Assembly (NCBI GenBank): GCA_022844165.1
Contig: JALHMH010000020.1
Location: forward strand, 1-64,000
DNA length: 64,000 bases
Direction of reading: 5' to 3'
Origin: Lysobacterales bacterium
GTDB lineage: Bacteria > Pseudomonadota > Gammaproteobacteria > Xanthomonadales > SZUA-5
Below are positions 1 to 9,906 of the stretch, one piece after another (position 1 is the first letter of the stretch; the number at the start of each line of letters is the position of its first letter). A program made the position numbers and the translations under genes. The notes under the pieces are model-generated. The model did no database searches and was not told the DNA's origin. It saw only the letters and a program-made list of their open reading frames with translations.

Positions 1-359
1 CAATGCGGCACGCCGACGCGCGCATACAGCAAGCGCAGGTAGTCATAAATCTCGGTCACCGTACCGACCGTCGAGCGAGGATTGTGCGAGGTGGATTTCT
101 GTTCAATCGAAATCGCCGGCGACAGACCCTCAATCGTGTCGACGTCGGGCTTCTCCATCATCGACAAGAACTGGCGCGCATAGGAGCTCAACGACTCAAC
201 GTAACGCCGTTGGCCTTCGGCATAAATGGTGTCGAACGCCAGCGAGCTCTTGCCAGAACCCGACAGGCCTGTGATCACGATCAGCTTGTCTCGCGGCAGA
301 TCGAGCGCAATGTTCTTCAAGTTGTGCGTGCGCGCGCCGCGAATACGGATCAAAGACAT
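1..359 (-). CDS. uvrA: Excinuclease ABC subunit A, N-terminal part (runs off window)
   Basis: Manual minus-strand translation from ATG at 359: [64 protein letters not shown], the canonical UvrA N-terminus; absent from the ORF track. Confidence 0.97.
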   Translation of the reverse strand, partial: MSLIRIRGARTHNLKNIALDLPRDKLIVITGLSGSGKSSLAFDTIYAEGQRRYVESLSSYARQFLSMMEKPDVDTIEGLSPAISIEQKSTSHNPRSTVGTVTEIYDYLRLLYARVGVPH

Positions 360-841
360 GCGGGAGGGAGCCGGACAGGAGAAGCGCTTCAGTCTAGAGA
401 AGAACCCATAGACGTGTAGTGATGCTCATTGAAGCACTTCTCGCGCACAAGCAAGAAGCTCCTGCGCAAAGTTCGCGACATGAGCGACACGGGTCACACC
501 ATGCAGTCCCTTGGAGCGGTTTGAATAACCTACTGCGCGGGTCGCCAGCTGCGTTGCTCCGTGCTCGCTCCCCGGCCACGCAACAAGTTGCGCGGCGTTC
601 AGCGGCTCGCGGCATGCCGCTCGAAAGACCGCTTCATCTATGTCCACTTCGGTTCCTGCGCGCGGTGCGCCTTGCTCTCGACCCGCCCGCTACGGTTATT
701 CAGACCGCTCCCTGGATCGATTGGAATGGCGGATTGCGGTGGTGCATTGATGGGATCCCTTGGCCTTTGGTTCGCAAAGGTGATTCAAACCGTCCCTGAC
801 TTGCGCTATGGTTTTCATCTGTGACCATTCGCAAATCGTCA

Positions 842-1189
842 ATGACCAAGACTCCCTTTCTCTGGCTGGTTCTCATCGTAGGGGCGCCCGCGTTTGCGCT
901 CGACGACGAAGCGTGGATCGAGCGTCACATGCAAGGTGTGCGCATCATTGAAGCCCCGGCCCCGTTAGTGCAGCGGGTGGCGCCCACCGTGCTGGCAGTG
1001 CCATTGAATGACCTGGGCAAGCACATCGGTCAAGAGGTCAGCTTTGTGCTCGATACCGGTCGAGAACGTCGCGGCACCATCCGCGCGGTCAGCGCCAGCA
1101 CCGTGACCATCGTCACACGTTTACACGGCGGGCGGGCTGAACTGGACGTTCCCCGGGCTTCCATCAAGAGTGCGAGCAAGCGGCCATGA
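842..1189 (+). CDS. Hypothetical exported protein
   Basis: Signal-peptide-like N-terminus (MTKTPFLWLVLIVGAPAFA); ATGA overlap with next gene. Confidence 0.65.
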   Translation: MTKTPFLWLVLIVGAPAFALDDEAWIERHMQGVRIIEAPAPLVQRVAPTVLAVPLNDLGKHIGQEVSFVLDTGRERRGTIRAVSASTVTIVTRLHGGRAELDVPRASIKSASKRP

Positions 1190-2304
1190 TGCAGTGGCTG
1201 AGCATGTCCGTTGTCTCTTTGGTGTTCATCATCTGGATTGTCCTGATTGTCAGGCGCGATAGTCCACTGATGGCGCTACTGATCGTGTTCATCTGGCCCC
1301 TCGCCATCATCCCGCTGATCCAGAACTGGGGCGTTTCGGGCCGCGACATTCGCCTGCCCTTTTTTCTGCTGGCGCTTTCGGTCGGCGGGAGCGTCTACAA
1401 GGTTAGCAATGATCCAACCGTCGATGCGCTTGGCGCCATCGAAACGCTGCGGGAAACTGACCCAGCCGCTGCGGATGCGCTCGATCAGGAGATTGCATCT
1501 GAGTACGTCAGAGCGCATCTGGAGGGCCGCTCGCCAGACGTCGAAAACCTGCCTGGTCTGGTTGCTTTGCGTGCGTCGCAGGGGGCATCACAAAAAGCAG
1601 CAGACGCCGAAGCACAACATCAAACGGCGCCTGTCGATCCAGAATCCGAGCAACGCGCTGCGGCGCTTGCGCAACAGGAAGCCGAACTCGCAAATCAGAT
1701 GCAGCAGGCCGTCGCGGCGCTTGCGCCTGTGCCTGGAACAATAGAACTGGCAATCGCTGACGCAACGCTGAAACTCCCGGCGCGATACCGGTTCATTTCA
1801 GTCGATCAAACCCAGACGTTAGCCGCTCTGCTGAAGTTGGCGCCGATGAACGGAGAAGTCGGCTGGGTGGTTCACGAAAAGGTTGATCTGGCGAGTAAAA
1901 CTGCGTGGTTCGTTCGCGTCGGCTTTGAACCCGGGCACCTTACGCTGGGCAATACTGCGGAACTGGCGACAACGGTGGCGACATTGAACAGCAGCGGCCA
2001 ACCTCAGTTCAGTCAGGGACAATTTGCGCCGACATGGAATGAGAGCAGCGGTAGCGTCACCTGGGGGCAACGCATGCTGTGGGGGCAGCACACATTGAAG
2101 CCGCTGGCCCATGGCACCCTCGCGTTTGCGATGCAGTCGCCGCTGAGTGAACCCGAAGAGTTAGGCATCCGTGCGACACGATTGTTGGCGGGTAGAACGT
2201 CCTCGGCAGACGAATCCAGACATAGCCGCTACGACGCAACAATCCACGGGCCACCCCGCGGCGAACTTGCCGCCTACATCGCCAGCGACCGCAAGCTGCA
2301 ATGA
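1186..2304 (+). CDS. Membrane protein with DUF2167-like C-terminal region
   Basis: Three N-terminal hydrophobic segments; GTIELAIADATLKLPARYRFI resembles the DUF2167 start. Confidence 0.6.
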   Translation: MMQWLSMSVVSLVFIIWIVLIVRRDSPLMALLIVFIWPLAIIPLIQNWGVSGRDIRLPFFLLALSVGGSVYKVSNDPTVDALGAIETLRETDPAAADALDQEIASEYVRAHLEGRSPDVENLPGLVALRASQGASQKAADAEAQHQTAPVDPESEQRAAALAQQEAELANQMQQAVAALAPVPGTIELAIADATLKLPARYRFISVDQTQTLAALLKLAPMNGEVGWVVHEKVDLASKTAWFVRVGFEPGHLTLGNTAELATTVATLNSSGQPQFSQGQFAPTWNESSGSVTWGQRMLWGQHTLKPLAHGTLAFAMQSPLSEPEELGIRATRLLAGRTSSADESRHSRYDATIHGPPRGELAAYIASDRKLQ

Positions 2305-2479
2305 GCGTGTGTTGTTCTGGCGGAAGAAATACAGCGATAGCGCCCGCGGTGATGGCGGAAGGCTCAACCCGCGCGAAGACGAGATGGCCAAATTCGACCG
2401 CAACGACAGGATTGTCGTGCTCGCCGAAGATTGATCGATCGGCCGCTATACTTCGCGGATTCGTCCCTGGAGAGCTGTT

Positions 2480-3655
2480 ATGACCAACGTCGTCATCGTA
2501 GGTGCCAAACGCACCGCCATCGGTTCGTTCAACGGCGTCTACGCCGAAGTGGCCTCGCCCGATCTGGGCGCAACGGCGATCAAGGCTGCACTTGAGCAGT
2601 CGGGTGTCGGTGTCGACGATGTCTCCGAAGTCATCATGGGTTGCGTCCTGCCGGCTGGCCTTGGCCAGGCGCCGGCCCGGCAGGCTGCCCTGAAATCCGG
2701 CGTGCCCGTCGGTACCGGCTGCACGACGATCAACAAGGTCTGCGGCTCGGGAATGAAAGCCGCGATGCTGGCGCACGATTTGCTGTTGGCCGGCAGCGCT
2801 GACATCGTCGTGGCCGGCGGCATGGAATCGATGACGCGCGCGCCGTACTTGTTGGGCAAAGCGCGGTTCGGTTACCGCTTTGGCCACTCCGAAGTGCTCG
2901 ACCATATGGCGCTGGACGGCCTGCAAAACGCCGCCGACCGTAAAGCTATGGGCGAGTTCGCGGAACTTTGTGCCGGTAAATACACCTTTACGCGAGAAGA
3001 ACAAGACGCGTTTTCAGCAGAGTCCGTGCGCCGGGCGCTCGCCGCACAAGCCAATGGCAAGTTTGCCGCCGAAATTGCGCCGGTCACTGTCGCCGGGCGC
3101 AAAGGCGATGTTGTGATCAGTGCCGACGAAGAGCCGCCTGCTTGCGACATCGGCAAGATCAGCAGCTTGCGCCCAGCGTTCAAGAAGGATGGGACGGTGA
3201 CTGCCGCCAGCTCGTCGAAGATTTCCGACGGCGCGGCTGCGCTGGTGATCACACGCAGTGACGTCGCCAGCGCCAAGGGTTTGGCACCGCTGGCAAGAAT
3301 TGTCGCGCATGCCACACACGCCCAGGAGCCCGAGTGGTTCACCACAGCGCCGGTGGGCGCCATCCAGAAAGTACTCGCCAAGGCTGGTTGGAGCGTTGGC
3401 GATGTCGATCTGTTTGAGATCAACGAAGCCTTTGCTGTTGTGGCAATGGCCCCGATTCGCGAACTTGGTATTGATCACGCGAAAGTTAACGTCAATGGCG
3501 GCGCCTGTGCGCTCGGGCATCCGATCGGCGCCAGTGGCGCGCGGTTGATCGTAACCCTGATTCATGCCCTCAAGGATCGCGGCGGCAAACGTGGCGTGGC
3601 GAGCCTGTGCATTGGCGGCGGCGAAGCAACGGCAGTCGCAATCGAAATCGCCTGA
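2480..3655 (+). CDS. Acetyl-CoA C-acyltransferase (thiolase)
   Basis: NKVCGSG, NEAF, GHPIGASG and CIGGG thiolase motifs. Confidence 0.96.
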   Translation: MTNVVIVGAKRTAIGSFNGVYAEVASPDLGATAIKAALEQSGVGVDDVSEVIMGCVLPAGLGQAPARQAALKSGVPVGTGCTTINKVCGSGMKAAMLAHDLLLAGSADIVVAGGMESMTRAPYLLGKARFGYRFGHSEVLDHMALDGLQNAADRKAMGEFAELCAGKYTFTREEQDAFSAESVRRALAAQANGKFAAEIAPVTVAGRKGDVVISADEEPPACDIGKISSLRPAFKKDGTVTAASSSKISDGAAALVITRSDVASAKGLAPLARIVAHATHAQEPEWFTTAPVGAIQKVLAKAGWSVGDVDLFEINEAFAVVAMAPIRELGIDHAKVNVNGGACALGHPIGASGARLIVTLIHALKDRGGKRGVASLCIGGGEATAVAIEIA

Positions 3656-3736
3656 TGAGGTCAGGAAAGACGGCGTTTCCCGCGAAATTCGGATTGCCTT
3701 CGTTTTTGCGGGTCGCTTTTGGCCATGATCGTTTTT

Positions 3737-3792
3737 GCAAACACGCTACCAAACGAAGCCCACAATGCTCCTCGGCCTGAGGCGAAGCCTCG
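3737..3792 (+). repeat. Dispersed intergenic repeat, copy 1
   Basis: acgctaccaaacgaagcccacaatgctc..tgaggcgaagcctcg aligns by eye with copies at 9742, 51436 and 57287. Confidence 0.75.
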
Positions 3793-3963
3793 TCCGGAGA
3801 CTTTTGTCCGCAGGTCGAAGGCGCTGAGACGGCCGACCCATGCAGATCGCCAACGATTGATTCATTGATCGGCGGCGCGTTTCGGGCCCAGGGGCACTGC
3901 CAGATCGCGTCAACCAAAACTGGCGCGCATCGTTGTTGGCCTTCGCAACGGTGGAAGTTCAAC

Positions 3964-4932
3964 ATGCGAAAACGAACACTGAGTCAACACGCCAGAGCAA
4001 GGATTGCCTTGCTCTGGCTGATCATCTTGTGCTCATGGCCCTGGGTTGCGTGCGCTCAGGCACCGGCCTGGGTGACCTCGCAAGTCAGTGCACCCAATGT
4101 GACGCGCCAGATTTTTTTCAGCGCAGCCGTTGGTGCCCAGGTCAGTTATCACGTCTATCTCCCTGACGAATACGACCAGAATCCGGACGCCCGGTTTCCC
4201 GTGCTGTTTTATTTGCACGGTGCCGGCGGCGTGCTTGGCGGCATTGCGCCGATATCCGCACAGCTCTCCCAGGCAATCGCCCAAGGTCATCTCCCGCCGC
4301 TGATAGCTGTGTTCCCCAACGGCCTGCCCTACGGGATGTGGTGCGATGCGGAAAGCGGCCTCCAACCCGTGGAATCGATGGTGGTTCAAGATCTGCTGCC
4401 CGAAATCGAGGCCCGCTTTCGGACCCAGGGTGGCTGGCGCTCCAGGCTGGTCGAAGGATTTAGTATGGGCGGTTACGGTGCGGCCCGATTTGGCTTGAAA
4501 CACGCCGACAAGTTCGCGGCATTTTCCATGCTCGGCGCCGGTCCGTTGCAGTTGGATTTCCTGGCCGATGATCCTGGCCTGGCGCCCATCGCGCTGCGTC
4601 AGCAGATACTTCAGCAGGTGTACGGCAATTCGCTTGCGATCTTCGAGGCACAAAGTCCATGGCGCATTGCAGAATCGTCAGCGGCGGCGCTGCGCCAAGG
4701 CTATCCAATTCGCCAACTCATCGGCAGTCTCGACTCCATCCTGCCTGCGAATCAGGCATTTCATCAACACCTGGACGCAGTGCCGGTGGCGCATCAATTC
4801 TTGGAAGTGCCTGGCGTTGGCCATGACGCACTCGGCCTCATTCAGGCGATCGGCCCGAGTTTTTTCCATTTCCATCGCGACGCCTTACGCGCCGCAGACC
4901 GATTGATGGGCGACGGATTCGAAGCTCAATAG
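3964..4932 (+). CDS. Secreted alpha/beta hydrolase (putative esterase)
   Basis: Signal peptide, YLHGAGG, nucleophile motif GFSMGG, C-terminal GVGH. Confidence 0.88.
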   Translation: MRKRTLSQHARARIALLWLIILCSWPWVACAQAPAWVTSQVSAPNVTRQIFFSAAVGAQVSYHVYLPDEYDQNPDARFPVLFYLHGAGGVLGGIAPISAQLSQAIAQGHLPPLIAVFPNGLPYGMWCDAESGLQPVESMVVQDLLPEIEARFRTQGGWRSRLVEGFSMGGYGAARFGLKHADKFAAFSMLGAGPLQLDFLADDPGLAPIALRQQILQQVYGNSLAIFEAQSPWRIAESSAAALRQGYPIRQLIGSLDSILPANQAFHQHLDAVPVAHQFLEVPGVGHDALGLIQAIGPSFFHFHRDALRAADRLMGDGFEAQ

Positions 4933-4992
4933 TGCCGGTTCGCATCCGCACAGTCACGTCAGCAACAGTGGCCTTGGGCATGCCCACCACCC

Positions 4993-6396
4993 TCAACTGC
5001 CCGAGCTTCGCATCAGTGCAAACGCGGAGAGTGCAGCTTCGCGCGTGGATTTGAGATCGACAATCGGCTGCGGATAACCGGACACACCGCCGACCACCCA
5101 GGGCTGGTGAATCGCCTTTGCCGGGAGTTTTGCCAGTTCGGGTACGAAACGCTTGACGTATGCGCCATTGGCATCAAAGCGTTCGCCCTGGGAAACCGGA
5201 TTGAAAATACGAAAGTAGGGTGCAGCATCGGCACCACAGCCAGCGGTCCACTGCCAACCTTGGGTGTTGTTTGCCAGATCGGCATCCACGAGCGTGTCCC
5301 AAAACCAGCGAGCACCCTCCAACCAGTGAAAGCGGAGATTTTTGGTCAAGAAACTGGCCACGATCATGCGCACTCGGTTGTGCATCCAACCGGTCTGCCA
5401 CAGCTCGCGCATGCCTGCATCGACGATCGGAATGCCGGTGCGACCTTGTTGCCATGCGCGCAGCTGACCCGCGTCGATAGCTGCCCATTCGAATGCCTCG
5501 AAAGCGCGCTGCATCGGATCGGTGGGAAGGTGCGGAAAGTGATAGATCAGATGATGCGCAAAGTCGCGCCATCCCAGCTCTCGCAAATAGGGTTCAGCCA
5601 GTTGGCGTTGTGCTGGCGTCGACTGTGCCGTAAGCCGATGCACGATGCGCCGTGGCGAAATTTCGCCGAAATGCAAATGCGGCGACAAGCCCGAAGTCCC
5701 GCGGCGGTCGGGCAAATCGCGGCCGTTGGCGTAGTGCTCGAAAGCGCTATCCAGAAAAACATCAAGCGACTTGGCTGCACCGCGCTCGCCCGGCGAGAAC
5801 CGTTCGCTGAAGCCATGATCCCAACGAATGGATGGCAGCAATTTCCAGGAATCGAGCGATTCAGAATCCACCGAAATGCGCGGCAATGATGTGGGTGCCG
5901 CCAGTGGTGCATTCGAATCGAGCCGCTGCGCCAAATTTCGCCAAAAGGGCGTAAACACGCGATACGGTTCCCCTGCCCCGGTCTTGATTGCAAACGGCTC
6001 GCGCAACAGATGCCCGGCAAAACTCTGTGCATCGATGCCACGTGCCCTTAAGTCTGCCTTGATCGCTGAATCGCGCTCCCGTGACGCGGGTTCGTACAAA
6101 CGATTCCAATACACGGCCACAGCGCCAGATTCCGCGATCAGCGAATCGATCACCTGCTTGCTCGGACCGCGCCGCAGCAGCAGACATCCACCGCGCTCTT
6201 CTACATCCGAACTCAGAGCCAACAAGCTGTGATGCAACCACCATCGCGCAGCGCCACCCGGTTGCCACGGGGCGTCTTCTTGCGGCGCGTGGATGTAGAC
6301 CAACAGAGGCGCGTGGCCAGCTCGGATAGCCGCATGCAGCGCAGGGTTGTCGAATAACCGTAGATCGCGCCGCAGCCAGACAATCGCAACTGTCAC
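4993..6396 (-). CDS. phrB: Deoxyribodipyrimidine photolyase (class I CPD)
   Basis: WLRRDLRLFDNPAL, TSGLSPHLHFGEIS, TGWMHNRVRM, APYFRIFNP. Confidence 0.95.
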   Translation of the reverse strand: MTVAIVWLRRDLRLFDNPALHAAIRAGHAPLLVYIHAPQEDAPWQPGGAARWWLHHSLLALSSDVEERGGCLLLRRGPSKQVIDSLIAESGAVAVYWNRLYEPASRERDSAIKADLRARGIDAQSFAGHLLREPFAIKTGAGEPYRVFTPFWRNLAQRLDSNAPLAAPTSLPRISVDSESLDSWKLLPSIRWDHGFSERFSPGERGAAKSLDVFLDSAFEHYANGRDLPDRRGTSGLSPHLHFGEISPRRIVHRLTAQSTPAQRQLAEPYLRELGWRDFAHHLIYHFPHLPTDPMQRAFEAFEWAAIDAGQLRAWQQGRTGIPIVDAGMRELWQTGWMHNRVRMIVASFLTKNLRFHWLEGARWFWDTLVDADLANNTQGWQWTAGCGADAAPYFRIFNPVSQGERFDANGAYVKRFVPELAKLPAKAIHQPWVVGGVSGYPQPIVDLKSTREAALSAFALMRSSGS

Positions 6397-7133
6397 GCCG
6401 GCCTGACCATCGGCCGCACAGCACTGAATCCACCATCGAGATGGATGACTTGTCCGGTGATCCAGCGCGCATCGTCGGAGATCAGCCAGTGCGCTACAGC
6501 TGCCCCGTCGACGGCCTCTCCAAAGTGCCCCAACGGATACTGCGCGGCAATGTTCTGTTGACTGCGCTCGCTGCTCAACATGCGCTCGGTCAACGGCGTA
6601 CGCATCAGTCCGGGTGCGATAGCGTTGATGCGCACCTGCTGATGCGACAAATCGGCGGCGACCGAACGCACGAAGGCTTCAACAGCGCCTTTGGCGGCGG
6701 CGATCCCGGCATGATTGCTGACGCCCATCCCGGCAACCACGGAGCTGAACACCACGATGGCGCCGGGCTTTTGCGTCGATGCCGCTGCCTTCGCATACGA
6801 CTGGGTGGCAAAGAACGCGGTATTGAGATTGGCCTCGATACAAAGGCGCAACGAATCGGCCGTCACGCGCCCGAGCGGCGCGATCAATGTGCTACCGGCA
6901 CAGTTGATCAGCGCGTCTGGCACGCCGGCGCCACGTTCAGCGGCCAGCGCCAACGCTGCATCGGCGCCGCCGGGTGTGGATACATCGGACTGAACGACGA
7001 TGTCGTGCTCGGTCGAATCCAAGTTCGACACATCGCGGCTCACCAGCACCAGACGCCAACCGGCGCTGCGCAATCGCGCTGCGAGAGCGCGACCCACTCC
7101 ACCGCTGGCGCCCGTGATGAGTGCAGTTGGCAT
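6393..7133 (-). CDS. SDR family oxidoreductase
   Basis: TGASGGVG, INCAG, INAIAPG; the catalytic YxxxK is replaced by IAAAK; start trimmed to ATG 7133. Confidence 0.9.
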   Translation of the reverse strand: MPTALITGASGGVGRALAARLRSAGWRLVLVSRDVSNLDSTEHDIVVQSDVSTPGGADAALALAAERGAGVPDALINCAGSTLIAPLGRVTADSLRLCIEANLNTAFFATQSYAKAAASTQKPGAIVVFSSVVAGMGVSNHAGIAAAKGAVEAFVRSVAADLSHQQVRINAIAPGLMRTPLTERMLSSERSQQNIAAQYPLGHFGEAVDGAAVAHWLISDDARWITGQVIHLDGGFSAVRPMVRPA

Positions 7134-7189
7134 AAAGACTCCTGTTCTTTTCGAAGCCGGACGATAGCGACGATGAAGTCGCGGCGTAG

Positions 7190-8374
7190 TCAATTTGTAG
7201 CGGTTGCTGCGTGTCGCCCTGCAACGACGCCGGACGCCATGCAGGCGGTCAACAAGTAGCCACCGGTCGGCGCCTCCCAGTCGAGCATTTCGCCGACGCA
7301 GTACCAACCTGGTCTGGTTTTCAATTGCAGATGTTGATCCAGCTCGTTGAACCGCACACCGCCGGCCGTGCTGATCGCCTCGTCGATGGGACGCGGATTC
7401 CCGAGTATCAACGGCAGCGCTTTCAAGTGCCCAGCAATGAAGTCCGGGCTCTCGAATGCATGCGGTACACACTCGCGCAGCAACGACAATCGCAAAGCGT
7501 CAACGCCCGAGCGCCGCGCGTGCTCGCTCCAGCTCCGTTTGCCACGAGGCCGATCGAGCGCGGATTGCAACGATGCCAGCGTGCGATCAGGCATCAAATC
7601 CACGGTCAGCAATCGCTCGTGCGCATCGCGGATGATCGCACCCAACGCATAGACCACCGAACCTTCGATGCCGTAACGGGTGATCAACGCCTCACCGCGA
7701 CGTTTGTGATTGCCAATTCGACACTCGATGTTTTTCAATGGCGCGCCGGCGAATTTCTCGGCAAACACAGTGCTCCATTTACGCTCAAAACCCACGTTCG
7801 CCGGCTTCAATGGCGCAACATCGATTGCCATGTCCTCGAACATGCCAACCCAGCGGGCATCGGCGCCCAGCTTGCGCCAACTGCCGCCGCCTAACGCAAA
7901 AATGACCGCATCGGCACGGGTTTCAATCACACCGCCGCAGCGATCGAAGCATAGAATGTCGCCGCGCGCACCAATCCATCGCGAGCCCACATGTAATTGC
8001 ATGCCCGCCGTACGCAATTGCCGCAGCCATGCGCGCAGTAACGGCCCAGCTCTCAGATCATTCGGGAACACTCGGCCGGAGCTGCCAACGATCGTCGGGT
8101 ACCCTAGCCCCGCACTCCAGGCACGCAGGCGCTCGGCACCAAACATCTTCAACCAATCGCGCACGATGTGAGCCGAGTGCCCGTAGCGAGAAACGAATGC
8201 CTCAAAGGCCTCGCTATGCGTCAGATTCAATCCGCCCTTCCCAGCGATCAGGAATTTACGCGCAGGCGACGGCATCTGCTCATAAACGTCGACGAGCGCA
8301 CCGCAACTGAGTGCCGCTTCTGCGGCCATCAAACCGGCGGGTCCGGCACCGATGACGACGACCCGCCGCGTCAA
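7190..8374 (-). CDS. HI0933/TIGR03862-type flavoprotein
   Basis: VIGAGPAGL, KFLIAGKGGLNLTH, AISTAGGV, GEMLDWEAPTGGYLL; TTG start overlapping the upstream stop. Confidence 0.9.
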   Translation of the reverse strand: MTRRVVVIGAGPAGLMAAEAALSCGALVDVYEQMPSPARKFLIAGKGGLNLTHSEAFEAFVSRYGHSAHIVRDWLKMFGAERLRAWSAGLGYPTIVGSSGRVFPNDLRAGPLLRAWLRQLRTAGMQLHVGSRWIGARGDILCFDRCGGVIETRADAVIFALGGGSWRKLGADARWVGMFEDMAIDVAPLKPANVGFERKWSTVFAEKFAGAPLKNIECRIGNHKRRGEALITRYGIEGSVVYALGAIIRDAHERLLTVDLMPDRTLASLQSALDRPRGKRSWSEHARRSGVDALRLSLLRECVPHAFESPDFIAGHLKALPLILGNPRPIDEAISTAGGVRFNELDQHLQLKTRPGWYCVGEMLDWEAPTGGYLLTACMASGVVAGRHAATATN

Positions 8375-8688
8375 TCGAAAGCCTTCTGCGTATCGGCTCG
8401 TGCGCTGCGCCCATCGTCGATGACGGTCACAGTGATCGCCAATCCTCGACAACAGCGCTGACAGTCTTCGATCAATTGCTGATCGCCGATCGTCAGATCG
8501 ACGCCGATCTCGTACGATTGCCAACAGTGCGGGCAATCGATGCGCACCCAATCAGACAACGGTCGTTGCAACGGATCGCTGCCGACCTCGAACACGGGCT
8601 CAAGCCCATAGAGCGCATCGATGTTGGCCGCATCGAGCCGCAGCGCTTCCCCCAAGATCGGTTTCAGCCTGGGCGACAACGTGCGCAT
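8371..8688 (-). CDS. CPXCG-motif cysteine-rich protein
   Basis: CPHCW...IEDCQRCC pattern; start/stop overlaps with both neighbours. Confidence 0.8.
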   Translation of the reverse strand: MRTLSPRLKPILGEALRLDAANIDALYGLEPVFEVGSDPLQRPLSDWVRIDCPHCWQSYEIGVDLTIGDQQLIEDCQRCCRGLAITVTVIDDGRSARADTQKAFD

Positions 8689-9107
8689 TAAAACGGTTTG
8701 CCCACAACCAGATAGATGATCGGAATCGCGAGCGCCAGCGGCGCTTCGTTGAACCAGCGAAAAAACGTGGCGCTTGGTAACTTCCCACCCGCCGCCGCAC
8801 GTTTGAGATACCGCCCGGTCGCAATGTAGTAAGCCAGCAGCAGAAACACGAGTGTGATCTTGGCGTGCACCCAGCCACCTCCGATGCGGAAGTGCATCCA
8901 AAGGAAGAGGCCGAACAGCATCATCACACCGAACATGACGTGCCCGAATCCATAGAGCCTGCGCCCCATCAGCAACAATCGCTCCCGGACTTGCGGCTGG
9001 TCCCCGGCTTCTGCGAGGTTCACCAAAATCCGCGGCAGATAGAACAACGCCGCCATCCAGGCCATGACGAACAGGATATGAAGCGTTTTGGTCCAGAGAT
9101 ACAGCAT
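8688..9107 (-). CDS. hemJ: HemJ/CopD family membrane protein (putative protoporphyrinogen oxidase)
   Basis: WTKTLHILFVMAWMAALFYLPR, WVHAKITLV, FRWFNEAP. Confidence 0.8.
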   Translation of the reverse strand: MLYLWTKTLHILFVMAWMAALFYLPRILVNLAEAGDQPQVRERLLLMGRRLYGFGHVMFGVMMLFGLFLWMHFRIGGGWVHAKITLVFLLLAYYIATGRYLKRAAAGGKLPSATFFRWFNEAPLALAIPIIYLVVGKPF

Positions 9108-9166
9108 CGGTCGGTCGATCTTCTTGTGAGAGCGGGAAAGAATACGCGTTAACTCGCAATGCCGCG

Positions 9167-9568
9167 TCAGCGGCGGCGCAAGTTCAATGCCGATCGAAGC
9201 GACCATCGCGAACGTTCGCGGACAGAGAGGCGCCAGCTTCCTGAGCCATAGAACCAAAGTTCCAAGGAACGCGAATCGATGACTTCGACTTTCTCTAGTT
9301 GAAAACTGCCATATGGCACAGCCAACGAACGCTCTGCCCGTATGCGCAAGTCACGATCGATGAGCGTCATGCACGTGGACTCCTCAAACGGGCAATCGAA
9401 GTCGGTGATCAACAGGAACTCGCCGTCGACTTCGAATTGATGCCGTAACGAATAACCCAGTATCGCCAGATCCGTTGCCCCGTCGATTGACAGCAACGGC
9501 GTGCGCTCCGGCCAGGTTGCGTATTCGCCAGGATGCACTGCCAGACGGAAACGATCGATTGGAGTCAT
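9167..9568 (-). CDS. Hypothetical protein
   Basis: 133-aa ORF with protein-like composition (FLLITDFDCPFEE), co-oriented with the downstream operon. Confidence 0.6.
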   Translation of the reverse strand: MTPIDRFRLAVHPGEYATWPERTPLLSIDGATDLAILGYSLRHQFEVDGEFLLITDFDCPFEESTCMTLIDRDLRIRAERSLAVPYGSFQLEKVEVIDSRSLELWFYGSGSWRLSVRERSRWSLRSALNLRRR

Positions 9569-9667
9569 CGTAGAACATTCTTACAGGCGACTTGCCATCA
9601 GGTCCACTTGCCGATTGGCTCTTGCCCGAACCTCCGATGCTTCGAATCGAGAAGTCTCCTTAAACTC

Positions 9668-9833
9668 GACAAATGAGTCGAGTGTTTTTCGGAGCAGCTC
9701 TGGCTCTTAAAACCTCCTTAAATCAAGGGCGCGCGCGGGGCTGTGGCAAGTACGCTGTCGGACGAAGCCAACAATGCTCACGATCTCAGGCGAAGCCTCG
9801 CCAGAAGTTGGTATGACCAGTTTTGCAGTCCAC
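9668..9833 (+). repeat. Dispersed intergenic repeat, copy 2 (long form)
   Basis: gacaaatgagtc...tgtggcaagtacgctgtcggacgaagccaacaatgctc...aggcgaagcctcg...ttgcagtccacc; closely matches the reverse complement of 57203-57330. Confidence 0.85.
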
Positions 9834-9906
9834 CACAATCGAATGTCGACACACTGGTGCAAGCCGTTGCTGTTAGATTGCGCATAGGGAGACCACGGAG
9901 CCAAGC

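Noticed and set aside
3-419. 138-aa plus-strand ORF
   Set aside because: Antisense shadow of uvrA, which is clearly encoded on the minus strand
419-824. Overlapping short ORFs between uvrA and the exported protein
   Set aside because: No recognisable motif or convincing RBS; no frame could be chosen, so left uncalled
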